The notes beneath the pieces are model-generated. The model ran no database searches. It was not told the origin of the DNA and worked only from the letters and a program-made list of their open reading frames with translations. 64,000 nt of DNA from a virus (lineage: Duplodnaviria; Heunggongvirae; Uroviricota; Caudoviricetes), in the IMG/VR virus record IMGVR_UViG_3300044557_000292, positions 323,388-387,387 of that record. The stretch is one strand, 5' to 3'. A program made the position numbers and the translations under genes. This document shows, piece by piece, positions 18,490 to 28,773 of the stretch. Numbering within the stretch: position 1 is the stretch's first letter; each line of letters begins with the position of its first letter.

Positions 18490-19749
18490 TCAGTACTGCT
18501 CGATGGAAACAGAATCGCTCTTGTGGTCAATTCTAGCAATGCTGAGGAATCCGCCCTTGTCCACCCTCGTCTCCAGATTGAAGATCTTACTGAACTCCCT
18601 TGGGTCATGACGATGTTCGTTACGATGCCCGTGGAATTGTATAACATCGGTATTCGCATCTTCAACGATCTTGTCAATATCAATCTTGTAGTCATGAACC
18701 ATTGGGCTCCCCCCGGTCCCGTACCACCAGGTCGACCCGCTCGTGAAGCCAATGTCATATGACCTGTAACCATCCAGCTCATGGTGCTCAAGCATGGCTG
18801 GATGTACTCCCCCATGAGACGAGAAGTAGTGCTTACCATCATAATAGAATGGGAAGTAGTCAACAAGATGAGTATCAATCAACCGCCCGTACCTCCGGAG
18901 GTTCTCTACTGAACCGTGAACATACTTAGAATCCCTTAGAATCTCCTCAATTGTCTTCCTCGTGGACAAAGAGTACGGCTCCCATACTTTAGATCCATAG
19001 TACTTAAAGTAACTGTCATGATTGCCCTTGATGAATACCCTGTTCGTATCATTGATATGATCAATGATCCAATCAAACATTGGCCCGGCTTCATCTTCAG
19101 GCCCACGATCCATAAGGTCACCACAGAACACGGTGAACTCACGAGGATTAATATTGTCTGCGCCAGATCTTACGAACGTGGAGTAGCAGCCCTGAATATC
19201 CCCAATCACCCTGACGTTCGAGTACTGGGAGAGCTCTGTCTCTTGAATCTTCCCTTGACCGCAGAACTCATCTACCGTCATTGCTGACTCGCTCCTATTG
19301 ACCTGAAATCTCCTCGTATCAGTCCAAGTCTTCTCCACCTCAGCGTCAGTCCAAGGTCTGTTCGCCCTGTGGGAACGCTCAATAACCTCTTCCAGTGATT
19401 GTTCTCCCTGAACGTTGACGAACACGACCTCGTAATTGTACTCATGTGCGAGATTCAGGATAGGATTAATCTTCTTGCGCTTTGAGTTCGTCCAATCAAA
19501 TATGATAGCATCCCCGGAACGCATCCTGCGCTCTATAATCTTGCAGGCGATGTCTAATGCTGTCCGTATGTTCTCGTTCGTAGAGTCACACCCGTAGGCG
19601 ATCTTACCATTATGATAATACGGCCTGTTCGGATCGATGATTCTCAATATGGAGTCAACGGATACGGTCTGGTCCTCCAGATGCTGTCTACGGATCAGGG
19701 TGGTCTTTCCTGACCCGTGCGCTCCCCGTATAATAAATATTTTACTCAT
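18490..19749 (-). CDS. polynucleotide kinase-phosphatase-like protein (P-loop kinase plus calcineurin-like metallophosphoesterase)
   Basis: N-terminal Walker A GAHGSGKTT; C-terminal metallophosphatase motifs GDIQGCY, GDLMDRGPE, GNHD, HGG and FHGHRNEH. Confidence 0.7.
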   Translation of the reverse strand: MSKIFIIRGAHGSGKTTLIRRQHLEDQTVSVDSILRIIDPNRPYYHNGKIAYGCDSTNENIRTALDIACKIIERRMRSGDAIIFDWTNSKRKKINPILNLAHEYNYEVVFVNVQGEQSLEEVIERSHRANRPWTDAEVEKTWTDTRRFQVNRSESAMTVDEFCGQGKIQETELSQYSNVRVIGDIQGCYSTFVRSGADNINPREFTVFCGDLMDRGPEDEAGPMFDWIIDHINDTNRVFIKGNHDSYFKYYGSKVWEPYSLSTRKTIEEILRDSKYVHGSVENLRRYGRLIDTHLVDYFPFYYDGKHYFSSHGGVHPAMLEHHELDGYRSYDIGFTSGSTWWYGTGGSPMVHDYKIDIDKIVEDANTDVIQFHGHRNEHRHDPREFSKIFNLETRVDKGGFLSIARIDHKSDSVSIEQY

Positions 19750-19770
19750 AAGTCAATAGTAACAATAAGG

Positions 19771-19860
19771 GGTGAACACCGCAACGCGGGGAATACTCTT
19801 GAATGATCTCCCGTCACCAAGTTTGAATACAGGTTCAGACCCGCCTACACGGGGTTCACC
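19771..19860. CRISPR. solitary degenerate CRISPR-like unit (2 diverged repeats, 1 spacer-length insert)
   Basis: ggtgaacaccgcaacgcggggaatac, then a 34-nt insert, then ggttcagacccgcctacacggggttcacc; sits exactly between the topA stop (19861) and the PNK start (19749). Confidence 0.6.
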
Positions 19861-20949
19861 CTAACGCTTCCTTGAAACCCTTCCAGATGCGGGCTTCCTC
19901 CTCGCAGGATGATCTTTCTGATAATCATCCCATATTTCCTTAGCCCGATCAGGAGACAGCGCCCTGGGATCTTCCCCATCTGGAAGCGATATGAATACAG
20001 CACGACCACGCGGAGCATTCTTATGACCCAGCCACGCCCCCCTCTTCCCTATTCCAGTGAAGAACCCGTCACCGAGCTGTCGTGGTAGCTTCACCTCTGA
20101 GAACATCTGCTCAGCATCTTGAAGGGTCACCGTGTCCTCAGTGAGACCACCGTCCTTGGGAAGCGTCATGTTCACGGGCTTAGCGCTCTTCACTGGTGAA
20201 CCATCCTTATGGATCCTCACGGCCTGCACGTAAGAGCCATACTTACCATTCCTAGCCGTCACCTGCCATCCAGCATACGGGCCGTCCTTCAGTATCCCCA
20301 GGACACGATTCACGGGCGATTTTGCCTCATCTAGTAGCTTCCTGCACGCGCCCGGCGTGAGGGCGTCTTCATCTGTTAGAACGGAATCATCCAGCTTCAC
20401 GCTCTTCACGTACCCAGAATCATTCTTCTCCCCCGAGGGGTCTTCAAGCCACGCGCCAGACCTGTTCACCCTGACCACGTACCCGCCGTTGAGATGAACC
20501 TCCGACAGCGTGTTGATCTCATTCCAGTCAATATTCCTAGCGAGACCATTCACCCTGCCATCAATGCCGTCAGGAGCCTTCCACACGCCATCAAGGAAGT
20601 CATCCCTTGATAGCGATCCGTCACCGATCTTATCAAGATCTTCCTCCATGGATGCGGTGAACCCGTAGTCAACGTACCCCGGAATCTTATCCTCAAGAAT
20701 CTGGGCGACCTTCATGCCCGTCCATGTCGGCGCCATCGCCCTTCCCTTCTTCTGCACGTACCCGCGCTTCTGATTCACGGTCACGAGGTTAGCATACGTT
20801 GACGGTCTACCAATACCAAGTTCTTCCAACTTGGCCACAAGTTGCGGCTCTGTGAACCTTGCCGGAGGTGTAGTCGTGTGCATGGTCGAGGATGCTGTTG
20901 ACAACTCACATTCCTCCCCAACCTTGAACTCATGCGTATTCCTTGCCAT
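19861..20949 (-). CDS. topA: DNA topoisomerase I, C-terminal portion (downstream of the in-frame TAA)
   Basis: TPPARFTEPQLVAKLEELGIGRPSTYANLVTVNQKRGYV matches the conserved topo IA domain III/IV region. Confidence 0.75.
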   Translation of the reverse strand: MARNTHEFKVGEECELSTASSTMHTTTPPARFTEPQLVAKLEELGIGRPSTYANLVTVNQKRGYVQKKGRAMAPTWTGMKVAQILEDKIPGYVDYGFTASMEEDLDKIGDGSLSRDDFLDGVWKAPDGIDGRVNGLARNIDWNEINTLSEVHLNGGYVVRVNRSGAWLEDPSGEKNDSGYVKSVKLDDSVLTDEDALTPGACRKLLDEAKSPVNRVLGILKDGPYAGWQVTARNGKYGSYVQAVRIHKDGSPVKSAKPVNMTLPKDGGLTEDTVTLQDAEQMFSEVKLPRQLGDGFFTGIGKRGAWLGHKNAPRGRAVFISLPDGEDPRALSPDRAKEIWDDYQKDHPARRKPASGRVSRKR

Positions 20950-20967
20950 AATGACCTCCCTATTCTT

Positions 20968-22389
20968 TTATTCTTCACCGTCATCATACACGGACAGGAA
21001 TCCCCTGTCATCTATCCTCGTACTACTCGTCGTGAACACGGCCTTACCGTCACTAGATGTAATCGTGATCTTTCGCGTGATCCCCCTCGCAGGGTTCATC
21101 TGGCTAGCCACGGTCCTCCTGTACACGAGATCATAGACCTCACCAGCCTTAGCGTCATATGAGGAAGATGCCGTCAGCCCCCTGATCTTCGCTGGATCAT
21201 AGAATATTCCCGTTGATTCCTCTACAACAGGACGGATGCACTCGTGACCCTCCTGAGCATTCTTAGACTTCGACTTGTATATGATCGGCTTTGATGGCAT
21301 CTGTCCACCGTACTGTTTACGGATAATACTCCTCGCCGCCCTCACGGCCTCATCTGCCATCGCTGGGCTGTCCGTCCTTGAGTATGTTTGATACGTGTGC
21401 TCGAAGAGCTGCTGGGCTATACTCATAGCCCTGCTGGCCGTGAGCCCAAGCATGGATCCAACATTCTGCTGGTATGATGACGTGGTGTACGGGGTTGGAG
21501 GATTCCTCTTATAGGGCTTCTCCGTAATGTCAGTGATACTGTACTTTTTTGACTTCAGGTCTTTTAGGATCTTCTTCACATTATCATCACTGAGGGTGAG
21601 CTTATCTGAGGATCCATCCTTCAGCATGCCGTCAGGACCGTAATCAGATCCCGATGCTATTCTACTCCCATCGTACTCCACGAGGCTAGCCGTCAATTCG
21701 GCTTCCGTCCCCCTGTTAAAAACAGCCTCAATGGATCCATATGACGCCTTCACGAAGCCTAGGCGATCCTTCTCCCTGTTCACGACGAGGCGCAGGGTGG
21801 GTGACTGCGCCCTGCCTCCAGACGTCCCAGACCCTACCGTCTTCCAAAGGTATGGGGAGATACTGAACCCGAAGAGACGATCATAGACCTGCCGGGCCTC
21901 TGCCGACTCGGCCTTCCGCACGTCTATACTAGCATATGACTCCAGACCGGCAAGCACTGCCCGCTTCGTGATCTCATGCCAACTCGCCCTGCGGACATCC
22001 ATGCCAGACTTCTTGAGATCTGATTCTAGCGACTGCACGACCTCGTATCCAATGAGCTCTCCCGCCTCGTCCGGATCAGTACTCACATAGAAATGCTTCC
22101 ACCTGCCAGACCTGACCTCAGATCTGATCTCACCCCACTGCTTACGATTCTGAGGGTCATGATCTAGGAGACGCTCATAACGCCCACTCCGCACGTCGAT
22201 CGAGTAATCGCCGTACCGTTCACGCTCTTGACTAGTGCTCTTCTTCGGGTCCTTGAGCTCGAACATGAAACCCTTCGTGGCCATGATCTTCCACCCGCTG
22301 CCAAGGAACCCAGTGATCTCCCTGGCCTTGGTAGGCGACTCAACGATCATGAGGCCGCCGTCACGCTGAATGTCTTCTATGATTGCCAT
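20968..22389 (-). CDS. topA: DNA topoisomerase I, N-terminal portion (TOPRIM plus domain II), ends at an in-frame TAA
   Basis: LMIVESPTKAREITGFLG TOPRIM motif; the stop (TAA at 20968-20970) is in the same frame as the downstream ORF and separated from its ATG by 18 nt. Confidence 0.75.
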   Translation of the reverse strand: MAIIEDIQRDGGLMIVESPTKAREITGFLGSGWKIMATKGFMFELKDPKKSTSQERERYGDYSIDVRSGRYERLLDHDPQNRKQWGEIRSEVRSGRWKHFYVSTDPDEAGELIGYEVVQSLESDLKKSGMDVRRASWHEITKRAVLAGLESYASIDVRKAESAEARQVYDRLFGFSISPYLWKTVGSGTSGGRAQSPTLRLVVNREKDRLGFVKASYGSIEAVFNRGTEAELTASLVEYDGSRIASGSDYGPDGMLKDGSSDKLTLSDDNVKKILKDLKSKKYSITDITEKPYKRNPPTPYTTSSYQQNVGSMLGLTASRAMSIAQQLFEHTYQTYSRTDSPAMADEAVRAARSIIRKQYGGQMPSKPIIYKSKSKNAQEGHECIRPVVEESTGIFYDPAKIRGLTASSSYDAKAGEVYDLVYRRTVASQMNPARGITRKITITSSDGKAVFTTSSTRIDDRGFLSVYDDGEE

Positions 22390-22410
22390 TCAGATCATGG
22401 TACCAAATGC

Positions 22411-23250
22411 CTATCGGGTGGCAATAAGCCCCTTGGAGATGACGTTCCCATCAGCATCCACAAGATCACAGGACATCTGCATAACGTAGGTGAGACCGTG
22501 CTCATGACTAATCCAATCACCGTCAACAATGGAGTCAATACGATCGAAATCAGACTCACTGATGACGCGTGGATCGTCAATACCGTCACCTATCTTGAGG
22601 AATGCGTAAAGATCATCGCGCACGACCTGCAGCCTAAGGTTAGACCAACCATGACGTTTACCATCGGACACGTTCCTGAACTCGAACAGCATAGAATCAT
22701 CGTCTAGAAGATCCTGCACGATGCGCACAAGAGCAGACAACTCTTCATCGCTGGTCTTAGAACCCACACTGATGCGGAACAGGGTCGGGTGATAGTTGAT
22801 CCCCATTCCCTTCCCAACGGTCTGAACGTACTGCGCGCGATCACCACCGTACGCATTGTCCACGATGACCACATCTGTCCTCCTGATGTCAGAATCCTCA
22901 GGGTACGCTTTGACCTTAGCGTCACCGTTCAGAGTGAGGAGGGCCATGTCCACGAACTCCTCAAGGTACTTCCTGAGAATAGAATCACAACTCACGTTAC
23001 TAAACTTGTAGACAGAATATGACCCCGTGTGGATAGCATCATAGAGTGAAGATGCGTTCTTCCGGGAATCCAGCGATTCCTTAATGACGCTGCGTGCTGA
23101 TTCCAATCTGTGCAGGTTATGCTCGTAGTCCTCCTTGAGCGTACTGATAGCATTGTCAAGATTCTTGAGGTCTAGCAGATCCCTCGCATAGCCATTCTTC
23201 ACCTTGTTCTCGGGTGTGGACACCTTGATGACAGCATTGAATTCTTTCAT
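22411..23250 (-). CDS. hypothetical protein
   Basis: 279-aa ORF. Confidence 0.45.
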   Translation of the reverse strand: MKEFNAVIKVSTPENKVKNGYARDLLDLKNLDNAISTLKEDYEHNLHRLESARSVIKESLDSRKNASSLYDAIHTGSYSVYKFSNVSCDSILRKYLEEFVDMALLTLNGDAKVKAYPEDSDIRRTDVVIVDNAYGGDRAQYVQTVGKGMGINYHPTLFRISVGSKTSDEELSALVRIVQDLLDDDSMLFEFRNVSDGKRHGWSNLRLQVVRDDLYAFLKIGDGIDDPRVISESDFDRIDSIVDGDWISHEHGLTYVMQMSCDLVDADGNVISKGLIATR

Positions 23251-23647
23251 ATCATGCTAGCTTTCTACTATTTAAGGCGTTAGTCTTATTAATAACGTAC
23301 AATCCCATTATAACACGAGATGATGACAATCCTGTTGTGAATCAACCATATGACGAGAATACAGCAATCAGATCTTCCCATCATAAGCTACCCGGAGTTC
23401 CCTCCTCCCATCTACTCCAGTCAACCCCTCACGTTGACAGCAAGGAGGAATCCTGTCACATCGTCTTCTGATGACTACAAGACGTTCCGGTCATGATCAC
23501 GTATAAGCTCGTTCATCGCATTAGTACTCGCATGATGGAGTTCTGTCTCATTGCTAGCATCAATATCGGCAGCCCCAAAATCAATGAACAGACACCTCAC
23601 ATCATCAATGGTCACCCTCTTATGATTGACGCTCAGCACAACACCCC

Positions 23648-24892
23648 CTATATGATCTTTTCACCCTTCTCCAACGCTTGCTCAAGCACGCCAGCGCACT
23701 GATAGGAAAGCATCCTGTTACGCATGTGATACATTCTTAAATCATTCTCGTCCATGAACTCGGGATGCTCATCAATATCCCTCTTGATCTCGTTGATGAT
23801 CTCCGACGCGTGATCAATAGGAATCCCACCCACACCCTTGGTTCCCTTAAGAACGCCGGGAATGCCCTTAGACGTGGGCACAAGCGCGATGTACGCTTTC
23901 ACGGAATTGGGGTCATTACGACCTAAGGTCTTTACGATAGCGTCCCTGGATATCTCATCGGAATGAGAGAGGTCATACGTCTTTGACTCCGCGTGCTCGT
24001 CCAGATAATCATAGACCTTGTCCACGTCACCATAATTCTTGTACAGGGTGTCACGGATATCCCTAATCCCCTTCCAATCAGGATCATTCATATGGACTAA
24101 CTGGAGGTATGACTTGTTATGATTCCACGTGGCCCAATGCTCCCGAAGGTAATCATGATCACGTTCGGGAACATAATACTTCGCGTCAATGATCCATGTC
24201 CTCCTCCCATACCTGATCATGCAGTCAACGTCAATGTCATACCTATCATCAGGACTCTTCATCGACCAGAACGACACGACATTTGGGACGCTCAGGATTC
24301 CTGACTCCTGTAGCATCCCGGCTAGGATCCGCTCGCCCTTAGCACCAATAGCACCGCGACCCTCGAACTTGTCGACCATGGCCACACCATACCCCGGAGT
24401 CCCGAAGGTAGAATCCTTGGGGAGCAGCTTGACGGCATCTTCGTACTGCTGCACGCTTACGCCTGGAGCGGGCTGCCTTAGGATCGGGTCATCTGAGAGG
24501 AGTGGATTCGTCTTAAGCTCTTCAGCTACCAGCGGGTCGATAGCATAGAACTTCTGGAATCTCTCCACCGGATCGCCGTACAAGAGCCATACGATGAACA
24601 CGACGCCGACCGCCGGGAGGAATATGATCGCATGGAATGGTATCTCTACGAGTGCAAGAACCCCGTATATGCTAGTAACGATAAGAGCCGGGTATGGATT
24701 GTTTTTACTCACGGGGTCTTCAAGATAGTCTTTGAACTGCTTGGCAGATATCCACGCCACTGCTATGGCGATCGGCCATCTCAACCATGGACTCTTGATG
24801 AATACTCCGATAGCCAGTACAATGGCTGCTATAACCGTGTACTCAGCGATCATCCCAATGGAAGCACCAATACCGTTCTTATTCTTATTCAT
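23648..24892 (-). CDS. membrane-anchored NERD / PD-(D/E)xK nuclease-like protein
   Basis: N-terminal multi-TM region; DIDVDCMIRYGRRTWIIDAKYY resembles the NERD/restriction-endonuclease-like core D...(D/E)xK. Confidence 0.45.
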   Translation of the reverse strand: MNKNKNGIGASIGMIAEYTVIAAIVLAIGVFIKSPWLRWPIAIAVAWISAKQFKDYLEDPVSKNNPYPALIVTSIYGVLALVEIPFHAIIFLPAVGVVFIVWLLYGDPVERFQKFYAIDPLVAEELKTNPLLSDDPILRQPAPGVSVQQYEDAVKLLPKDSTFGTPGYGVAMVDKFEGRGAIGAKGERILAGMLQESGILSVPNVVSFWSMKSPDDRYDIDVDCMIRYGRRTWIIDAKYYVPERDHDYLREHWATWNHNKSYLQLVHMNDPDWKGIRDIRDTLYKNYGDVDKVYDYLDEHAESKTYDLSHSDEISRDAIVKTLGRNDPNSVKAYIALVPTSKGIPGVLKGTKGVGGIPIDHASEIINEIKRDIDEHPEFMDENDLRMYHMRNRMLSYQCAGVLEQALEKGEKII

Positions 24893-25126
24893 ATGATGAA
24901 AATATCATCAAAAATACCCTATGGCAAAAAGATCCTCTATGACCATTCATCTTATCGTCATCTACTGATAACAGCAATTCATATTCTAATAGACATCATG
25001 ATGATAAGAACGTTGAGATCATGCGCTTATAAGACGTGACGGGAAAGATTGACCGCTCTGTAGAAGCTATTCCTCACGAGAATAAGCTATGAGTGAAAAG
25101 GAAGAACATTGAGCTAGATCAGGAAA

Positions 25127-25771
25127 TCATCTGGACGGCAATGAGTCCACGTGATGGTCAACGGTTGAGCCACCTGCCGTCTCGTCAGCACTTGACGTTT
25201 CATCCAGCTCCTCACGATGAGCTAGATCATTAACCACAGCGTCCATATTGATAGGATCATTAGAAGTAGTGCCCCCACTCACCGCCCGAACAATCATCAT
25301 GTTCCTCTTATGGTCATATGAAGACACGATGACCTCCTGATCCCCATCAACAGGATCCTGGCTCACGAAGAACATCCGTTGACTACCAGATCCGAGATCA
25401 ATCATCATTGATCCAATCTCACCGGGATCAACATGATCAGTTGATCTCCCAATGATTCCAATAGAACGCGCTTGTGATTGCTCCTCACCATTAGACGAGT
25501 GCTTGAGCATCCATGACATGATCTTTATCACGATTGCAGACGCGGCCATACCAGATAAGCCAGCAATCCCAACCGTGGTGAAGAACGGGAGCCCCAAGCC
25601 AAGGGTGATGAGACCAGCACCGCCACCAATGCCCATGAACGCGCCAAGAGCACCGGTGAGGAATGACCCACCGCCTGCCATTCCGAAGTCAATACCAATG
25701 TCAGATCCGGCTGCGGACAATAGTAAGAGCAATCCTCCAACAGACGTGATTCCAATCATCCATCCAATCAT
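25127..25771 (-). CDS. Gly-rich integral membrane protein with soluble C-terminal domain (NfeD-like?)
   Basis: 214-aa ORF with 3-4 Gly-rich hydrophobic segments. Confidence 0.4.
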   Translation of the reverse strand: MIGWMIGITSVGGLLLLLSAAGSDIGIDFGMAGGGSFLTGALGAFMGIGGGAGLITLGLGLPFFTTVGIAGLSGMAASAIVIKIMSWMLKHSSNGEEQSQARSIGIIGRSTDHVDPGEIGSMMIDLGSGSQRMFFVSQDPVDGDQEVIVSSYDHKRNMMIVRAVSGGTTSNDPINMDAVVNDLAHREELDETSSADETAGGSTVDHHVDSLPSR

Positions 25772-26649
25772 TGCCTGTCCCCATCCACCTCTTCAACCAT
25801 AGCAACACCGCCAACATGATGCTCAATTGCAGGCAGGTCTATAATAGAGCCATTAATCACATCCCGGCCATGATCGTCTTTAAGACCGGTTATACCGTAC
25901 CTGTTCAAGAACATCTTCACCGTTGGATGGACGTGATCATTCCACGACCACTCGACCATGGAATACTTCCAATCTGGGAGCTTGCTGATGATCTTCGTGG
26001 ACACGGCCTCATCCAACGCATTCTTGACTCCAGGATTAGACTTTGATGTGGCGAAGGCCTCATCAATCTTGCCATCGGAATCTATGCTCATTCGTACCGT
26101 CTTTATCTTCACCACCGTCTGACCAGCGTCTGCCTTGAATAACAGCCCGTTGTCAGACAGCCCGCAGGCGATTGGAACATCATGATCGAATCGTATGGTC
26201 GCCGTGCAGAACACTGGATCCCATGACAATAGATCGGCCTTCACTTCACAGTCCCGATCATTGCCATCATTCTCCACCTCATGAGTCAGACTAGATGAAT
26301 CATTAACCAGATTAGTAGCATCAACGAGGTCTTCCTTATGATCATGCGCGGCGCCCTGAACGCCAGACCCTATGGATTCAAGGATAGACGCTGGATCCAC
26401 ATGATTCTCGCTAGCAATAAGCAGCGTATCCCGTAGTTCTGTTATCGAGTCATCATCAACACCAACAAGACCATTCTTCTGTATCGCCCTCACGCCAGCC
26501 ATCATGATGGCCAGTATGAGATCAGATGGATCAACTGGATCAACATCTATACCTGCTTCCATCAAGACCCTATTCCTGTTCACTCTCTTGATGATTGACC
26601 TCACCTTGCCAATCATGATTGGATCAACGGGATCATGACCATCGATCAT
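25768..26649 (-). CDS. hypothetical acidic protein
   Basis: 293-aa ORF, overlaps its neighbours by 4 nt (operon-like). Confidence 0.45.
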   Translation of the reverse strand: MIDGHDPVDPIMIGKVRSIIKRVNRNRVLMEAGIDVDPVDPSDLILAIMMAGVRAIQKNGLVGVDDDSITELRDTLLIASENHVDPASILESIGSGVQGAAHDHKEDLVDATNLVNDSSSLTHEVENDGNDRDCEVKADLLSWDPVFCTATIRFDHDVPIACGLSDNGLLFKADAGQTVVKIKTVRMSIDSDGKIDEAFATSKSNPGVKNALDEAVSTKIISKLPDWKYSMVEWSWNDHVHPTVKMFLNRYGITGLKDDHGRDVINGSIIDLPAIEHHVGGVAMVEEVDGDRQ

Positions 26650-28100
26650 AACTGCCCCTCCAATCTTGACACGTCGTTAGCAGATGAAAGAATGAAGATC
26701 TTTACGTGACCAGTAATTCGTAGCATAAAACCAGATTTGGATCCAACTCTTACACCATTATCATGAATCAAAGTCTTCACCACGTCTTTAAGAGCGCTAT
26801 TCTTATCTGACGAGATTCCATCCACAACTAGTATGATTGATCCTCCAGTCATACCGTAAGCCACCCAGTAGGGGATGGTCACAGTTCTACCATCACCAGA
26901 CACGATGGGAGCATTATCGTCACCTTGCCTCAGTACATGCAATTCAGCTCCGGAACTATCAGCAATCATGGTGAAAATCGAGTAGTCATGATCGCCGTCA
27001 CGTCCAATGGTCGGGACCATGAACACTGGATCTTCAATGGTCTTATTGTTATCTGGGCTACTAGCATCCTCGTCACGATCCTCAGTAACCGTATGGGGAA
27101 TATCAGACAGTGCCCGATCGTTATCAGTATCATCCTCCATCACTGGACTGTCCTCAGAAGCATTCCCTCCATCTGACAATGGAAGATCATTGAATCCATT
27201 GTACCTCTCAATGAACTTACCAGCCCTCGTGGCAATGTCATCATGATCACCATATGAGGCTATTGCCTGCTCGATGGAATCAGCAAGATGAACTGGATCT
27301 ATTGGACTGTCATTAGAATCATGGCCTAACGTGCCGTGACTGTCATTACCATCTGAATCATTCACGCTATCGTCGACTACAGATGATGAGCACCCAGTCG
27401 TGAATCCCGATGGAGCAGACGACCATACGGTCAACGTTCTCAATGATGGGTCCTTTATAAGGTATCCCTGACTCGTCTTCCCCAGCGTGAAGAATGGGAC
27501 ATTATCCTCATCATCCTCCCCCATTATCAATACGACCACGTCATCGTTAACATCAACGTACCCCCGCACTGTCCCGTAATCTTCCAAGTGAAGACCGCCG
27601 AACGAGGCCTCCACTGGACACCCCTCATATTCTGATACTGGAACAGATCTCACGTCAATTATATCTGGATTGTCTTCATGATCGTTCTTATCATGAGAAT
27701 CTAAACTGCTATAATCGTTCCTAGCAGGATCGGAATACGATCCGGGGGTAGAATCAGGTAACGACCGATCATCATGCTCATCAGAAGCCGCGTCAAGCTC
27801 ATCTGACGTCACCGAGGCTATCACTTCCGCCCACTGCTTGGAGAACATCTTCCTCCTCGCGTCCTCCTCAACGTCGAGACCATCAATAGAATTGATCGTA
27901 TTCCAGAACCTTACCAGGAGCGACCTGTCAACAAGATCATTCGCATCGGGGGCGATTGTTAGACCGTCATACTTGTTGAGAGATGAGGTAAGATCCCCGC
28001 GATTCAGATCAGAAAGAGCTGATTCCTGAATCTTCCTGATCCTCTCTCCCCTGTTATCATCTTCAGACATGTATCCTCCATATGGATCGAGCATTATCAC
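26646..28100 (-). CDS. hypothetical highly acidic protein
   Basis: 484-aa ORF. Confidence 0.45.
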   Translation of the reverse strand: MIMLDPYGGYMSEDDNRGERIRKIQESALSDLNRGDLTSSLNKYDGLTIAPDANDLVDRSLLVRFWNTINSIDGLDVEEDARRKMFSKQWAEVIASVTSDELDAASDEHDDRSLPDSTPGSYSDPARNDYSSLDSHDKNDHEDNPDIIDVRSVPVSEYEGCPVEASFGGLHLEDYGTVRGYVDVNDDVVVLIMGEDDEDNVPFFTLGKTSQGYLIKDPSLRTLTVWSSAPSGFTTGCSSSVVDDSVNDSDGNDSHGTLGHDSNDSPIDPVHLADSIEQAIASYGDHDDIATRAGKFIERYNGFNDLPLSDGGNASEDSPVMEDDTDNDRALSDIPHTVTEDRDEDASSPDNNKTIEDPVFMVPTIGRDGDHDYSIFTMIADSSGAELHVLRQGDDNAPIVSGDGRTVTIPYWVAYGMTGGSIILVVDGISSDKNSALKDVVKTLIHDNGVRVGSKSGFMLRITGHVKIFILSSANDVSRLEGQL

Positions 28101-28323
28101 ATGGTACCAAACCGCGCATCATTCTAACCCCCGCCTCTCCTATATTCATCTTATCTCACCTTATCTCACATTGAACAGATTGATATGAAGATATGAAAAG
28201 AACGGCCGTTAATCATTATGAATGTGATACACAGCTTCTTGTCAATGGATAAGATTATAATGGAATCACAAAACCGGTCATCGACCACGTCTCGACAATG
28301 ATCGGTGCAATGGAGTAAAGAGC

Positions 28324-28773
28324 ATGAGAGGAAGAATTCCAATGGCCGCCAAGACAGTAGATTATGATAAGTTCAATGAAGACATCCATGATGAGTTGCA
28401 ATACGGATCTAATGTTCACAGAGCGTTGAGCATAGATTTGAATGGCCTGAATGGATCGATCGTCATTGCACGAGTACTGACCAGCATGATCAATCAAGAT
28501 GATTCTAACGCGCGAGACGGGCAAGATGAGTCCACGTATTCAGAGGTCATCGGCGTGGTGGGGAGATCAAGGGGAGGGTGCATGGTCATCAAGCCCGGTA
28601 ATGATGAAGATGATCCGCTACCGGAAACCACGCCCAGCATCTTCCGGCCAATACGAATCAGCAATCGGAGTTGCCATGCGAATCAATCCGTACTGCAATC
28701 AGTAAAGAGTCTCATTGCGGTCTATCCTAACCATAAGGGCAAGGTACAGTCAACGATCATATGGTCAATGTAG
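28324..28773 (+). CDS. hypothetical protein (plus strand, in a gap between minus-strand genes)
   Basis: 149-aa ORF occupying an otherwise noncoding 740-bp gap. Confidence 0.4.
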   Translation: MRGRIPMAAKTVDYDKFNEDIHDELQYGSNVHRALSIDLNGLNGSIVIARVLTSMINQDDSNARDGQDESTYSEVIGVVGRSRGGCMVIKPGNDEDDPLPETTPSIFRPIRISNRSCHANQSVLQSVKSLIAVYPNHKGKVQSTIIWSM

